DNA of 53,551 bases. Source: a virus. Its lineage: Duplodnaviria; Heunggongvirae; Uroviricota; Caudoviricetes. Positions 50,385-53,551 of this stretch are shown piece after piece (the stretch's first letter is position 1; the number at the start of each line of letters is the position of its first letter). The translations under genes and the position numbers were made by a program. The stretch lies in IMG/VR virus record IMGVR_UViG_2859805564_000008; one strand, given 5' to 3'. The notes under the pieces were generated by a model, which worked only from the letters and a program-made list of their open reading frames with translations, was not told where the DNA came from and made no database searches.

Positions 50385-51825
50385 CACAGTGAACTAGGGG
50401 TAGGTCATAGTGAACTACCCCCACAGAATTCTGTTACCCCTATCAAGTCTGATACCCCTATCAAAACTGATACCCGATAAGTATAAATAACACCTAAATA
50501 GCTGCGCGGAATAGTAGATCACTTTGAGGGAACTTAGCCCGGATTGTGCGATCTGATCAATCGCCAAATCAAAACAAATCACCAACCGGACTGAGCAATG
50601 CCGATCATAGCACCAATTTCCCGTGACGAACGACGCCTGATGCAGAAAGCCATCCATAAAACACACGATAAAAATTATGCCCGCAGACTGACTGCCATGC
50701 TGATGCTGCACCGGGGCGACCGTGTCAGCGACGTTGCCAGAACGCTCTGCTGCGCCCGTTCCTCTGTTGGACGCTGGATTAACTGGTTCACGCAGTCGGG
50801 TGTTGAGGGACTGAAATCATTACCTGCCGGGCGTGCCCGTCGCTGGCCGTTTGAGCATATCTGCACACTGTTACGTGAGCTGGTAAAACATTCTCCCGGC
50901 GACTTTGGCTACCAGCGTTCACGCTGGAGTACAGAACTGCTGGCAATAAAAATCAATGAGATAACCGGTTGCCAGTTAAATGCCGGAACCGTTCGCCGCT
51001 GGTTGCCGTCTGCGGGGATTGTGTGGCGAAGGGCTGCGCCAACTCTGCGTATCCGTGACCCGCATAAAGATGAAAAGATGGCAGCAATCCATAAAGCACT
51101 GGACGAATGCAGCGCAGAGCATCCGGTCTTTTATGAAGATGAAGTGGATATCCATCTTAATCCCAAAATCGGTGCGGACTGGCAACTGCGCGGACAGCAA
51201 AAACGGGTGGTCACGCCGGGACAGAATGAAAAATATTATCTGGCCGGAGCGCTGCACAGCGGGACAGGTAAAGTCAGCTGTGTGGGCGGCAACAGCAAAA
51301 GTTCGGCGCTGTTCATCAGCCTGCTGAAGCGGCTTAAAGCGACATACCGTCGGGCGAAAACCATCACGCTGATCGTGGACAACTACATTATCCACAAAAG
51401 CCGGGAAACACAGAGCTGGCTGAAGGAGAACCCGAAGTTCAGGGTCATTTATCAGCCGGTTTACTCGCCATGGGTGAATCATGTTGAACGGCTATGGCAG
51501 GCACTTCACGACACAATAACGCGTAATCATCAGTGCAGCTCAATGTGGCAACTGTTGAAAAAAGTTCGCCATTTTATGGAAACCGTCAGCCCATTCCCCG
51601 GAGGCAAACATGGGCTGGCAAAAGTGTAGCGGTATTAAGCGCAGCTATTTAGGAAATGATTTCCGATCTATTTAGGAAGTAACCTAGGAAGTGGTTTCCT
51701 ACCTACTTAGGAAATGACTTCCACCAATACTATAATTAAATACTATAAATAATATTCTTTATACTATATAGGTCACTGTGAACTAGGGGGGTAGTTCACT
51801 ATGAGCTAGGGGGTAGGTCACTGTG
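50385..51825 (+). mobile_element. IS630-family insertion sequence (putative; ends approximate)
   Basis: Transposase flanked by ~40-bp imperfect inverted repeats beginning CACAGTGA; right end abuts IS1. Confidence 0.55.
50598..51629 (+). CDS. IS630-family transposase
   Basis: 343 aa, N-terminal HTH, C-terminal DDE-type region. Confidence 0.85.
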   Translation: MPIIAPISRDERRLMQKAIHKTHDKNYARRLTAMLMLHRGDRVSDVARTLCCARSSVGRWINWFTQSGVEGLKSLPAGRARRWPFEHICTLLRELVKHSPGDFGYQRSRWSTELLAIKINEITGCQLNAGTVRRWLPSAGIVWRRAAPTLRIRDPHKDEKMAAIHKALDECSAEHPVFYEDEVDIHLNPKIGADWQLRGQQKRVVTPGQNEKYYLAGALHSGTGKVSCVGGNSKSSALFISLLKRLKATYRRAKTITLIVDNYIIHKSRETQSWLKENPKFRVIYQPVYSPWVNHVERLWQALHDTITRNHQCSSMWQLLKKVRHFMETVSPFPGGKHGLAKV

Positions 51826-51880
51826 GGTGATGCTGCCAACTTACTGATTTAGTGTATGATGGTGTTTTTGAGGTGCTCCA

Positions 51881-52156
51881 GTGGCTTCTGTTTCTATCAG
51901 CTGTCCCTCCTGTTCAGCTACTGACGGGGTGGTGCGTAACGGCAAAAGCACTGCCGGACATCAGCGCTATCTCTGCTCTCACTGCCGTAAAACATGGCAA
52001 CTGCAGTTCACTTACACCGCTTCTCAACCCGGTACGCACCAGAAAATCATTGATATGGCCATGAATGGCGTTGGATGCCGGGCAACTGCACGCATTATGG
52101 GCGTTGGCCTCAACACGATTTTACGTCACTTAAAAAACTCAGGCCGCAGTCGGTAA
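51881..52156 (+). CDS. insA: IS1 InsA
   Basis: 91 aa, [42 protein letters not shown]... Confidence 0.95.
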
Positions 52157-52578
52157 CCTCGCGCATACAGCCGGGCAGTGACGTCATCGTCTGCGCGGAA
52201 ATGGACGAACAGTGGGGCTATGTCGGGGCTAAATCGCGCCAGCGCTGGCTGTTTTACGCGTATGACAGTCTCCGGAAGACGGTTGTTGCGCACGTATTCG
52301 GTGAACGCACTATGGCGACGCTGGGGCGTCTTATGAGCCTGCTGTCACCCTTTGACGTGGTGATATGGATGACGGATGGCTGGCCGCTGTATGAATCCCG
52401 CCTGAAGGGAAAGCTGCACGTAATCAGCAAGCGATATACGCAGCGAATTGAGCGGCATAACCTGAATCTGAGGCAGCACCTGGCACGGCTGGGACGGAAG
52501 TCGCTGTCGTTCTCAAAATCGGTGGAGCTGCATGACAAAGTCATCGGGCATTATCTGAACATAAAACACTATCAATAA
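52075..52578 (+). CDS. insB: IS1 InsB (expressed as InsAB' by -1 frameshift)
   Basis: Overlapping -1 frame ORF with IS1 InsB sequence. Confidence 0.9.
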
Positions 52579-52579
52579 G

Positions 52580-53551
52580 TTGGAGTCATTACCCAAGATT
52601 GCTCAACAGAAAGCTAAAACAGAAAAGCAGAATCAAAGAGCACAAGCTGCCGCAGCAAGAGCACAGGCAAGGCAACAGCAACAAATAGCAGCACGTAAAG
52701 AGAAAGCAGAATTAAAACTCCTTGATGTATCAAGCTCTATCAGTGCAATGCACCGTCTCTCTGTAGCGGAACAATACAAAGCTATTGCACAGGCTAGAGA
52801 GATAGCAAAACAATATGAGCAAGGGGCTATCAGCCTGGCGCGTATGAATAGTCAGATGAAACGCCTACAACAGCAACAACGTAAGATTAATGGCAACAGA
52901 AAAGCTCAATTTGCCCCCGTTAAGGGAGGATCAGGGAATTCCGCCACGATGGGCGCTCTGTTATTTGGAGGCGCTACGGCTGCTGCTGGCGTGATGGCTG
53001 TTAGTAAAACCTCTGAATTTATGGCTAACAGCTTTGCTAATGCTGAAACAGAAGGGGAGCTAATCCAACGTGCAAGGCTTGGTGGAGTTGATTACAACTT
53101 ACTTAATAATCTTGAGCGTTGGGCGTATGACAACGGGATCGATAGCCTCCAGGGTGATCCGGGACGCAGAAAAATACTAGATGCCATCGGTAAAGATGTA
53201 AAGGAACGCGCTACCAAAAGCTATGACGAGGCTGAATATGTAGTTGATAAGAAAACAGGGAAAGGCATATGGAAGGGCGGTGATTCTGGTATTAACACTT
53301 TAATGAATGAAGGATTCTTAACTAAAAAGGATTTGAAAGACTTTGCCAATAACTCTGCTGGTTTAATTTCAAAAGCTGTCAACGGAATGGTGAAAAAGGG
53401 CTATACCGACGCACAGATCGGTAGTCGTCTGGAAGATTTAGCGGACGACCTCCTCTTAACTTCTAAATATTGGCAAAGATCAGCCAGAGAGGTGCAGGCA
53501 AGCATTACCCAGCAAAAAGCCGCCGGACAATGGCTAACAGAAACACAGTAG
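52580..53551 (+). pseudogene. hypothetical gene, likely 5'-disrupted by IS1
   Basis: Reading frame opens inside the IS1 right end with no ATG for ~57 codons; Gln/Ala-rich coiled-coil region then hydrophobic Gly-rich segment; product not recognised. Confidence 0.35.

Larger units (their letters stand above)
51826..52593 (+). mobile_element. IS1 (768 bp)
   Basis: Starts GGTGATGCTGCCAACTTACTGATTTAGTGTATGATGGTGTTTTTGAGGTGCTCCAGTGGC and ends ...AAGTTGGAGTCATTACC; insA begins at IS1 position 56. Confidence 0.95.

Overview
Enterobacterial (E. coli/Shigella-type) chromosome segment: proA and tRNA-Thr (thrW), then a ~45.5 kb lambdoid prophage integrated in thrW and bounded by 50-bp direct repeats (attL ~1399-1448, attR ~46889-46938). 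The prophage is mosaic: P22-type int/xis, KplE1-like early-left genes (YfdP/Q/R/S/T-like), CI/Cro immunity region, iteron-containing replication gene, nin-type genes, Q, a lambda-like lysis cassette (S, R, Rz/Rz1, bor), a cos/terminase/portal head module with a ClpP-protease-capsid fusion, and a lambda-like tail module (Z,U,V,G-T,H,M,L,K,I,J,lom,stf,tfa). Three accessory loci stand out: (1) between tfa and attR, a standalone GIY-YIG nuclease gene next to a complete EcoRII-type (CCWGG) restriction-modification pair, followed by a tmRNA-3'-end-like fragment; (2) between Q and the late promoter, a reverse-oriented NYN-domain gene with its own promoter and leader hairpin; (3) an orphan beta-class DNA methyltransferase in the late operon. 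I consider the GIY-YIG gene and the NYN gene the best candidates for uncharacterised defence or anti-defence functions, but neither can be assigned a function from sequence alone. Beyond attR lies an IS-rich remnant (IS600-like, IS630-family, IS1) with iteron-like repeats and an IS1-disrupted gene. No CRISPR array or rRNA was found. All protein identifications are by eye from the supplied translations, without database searches. CDS coordinates are anchored on the ORF track; non-CDS coordinates are approximate (about +/-2 nt).
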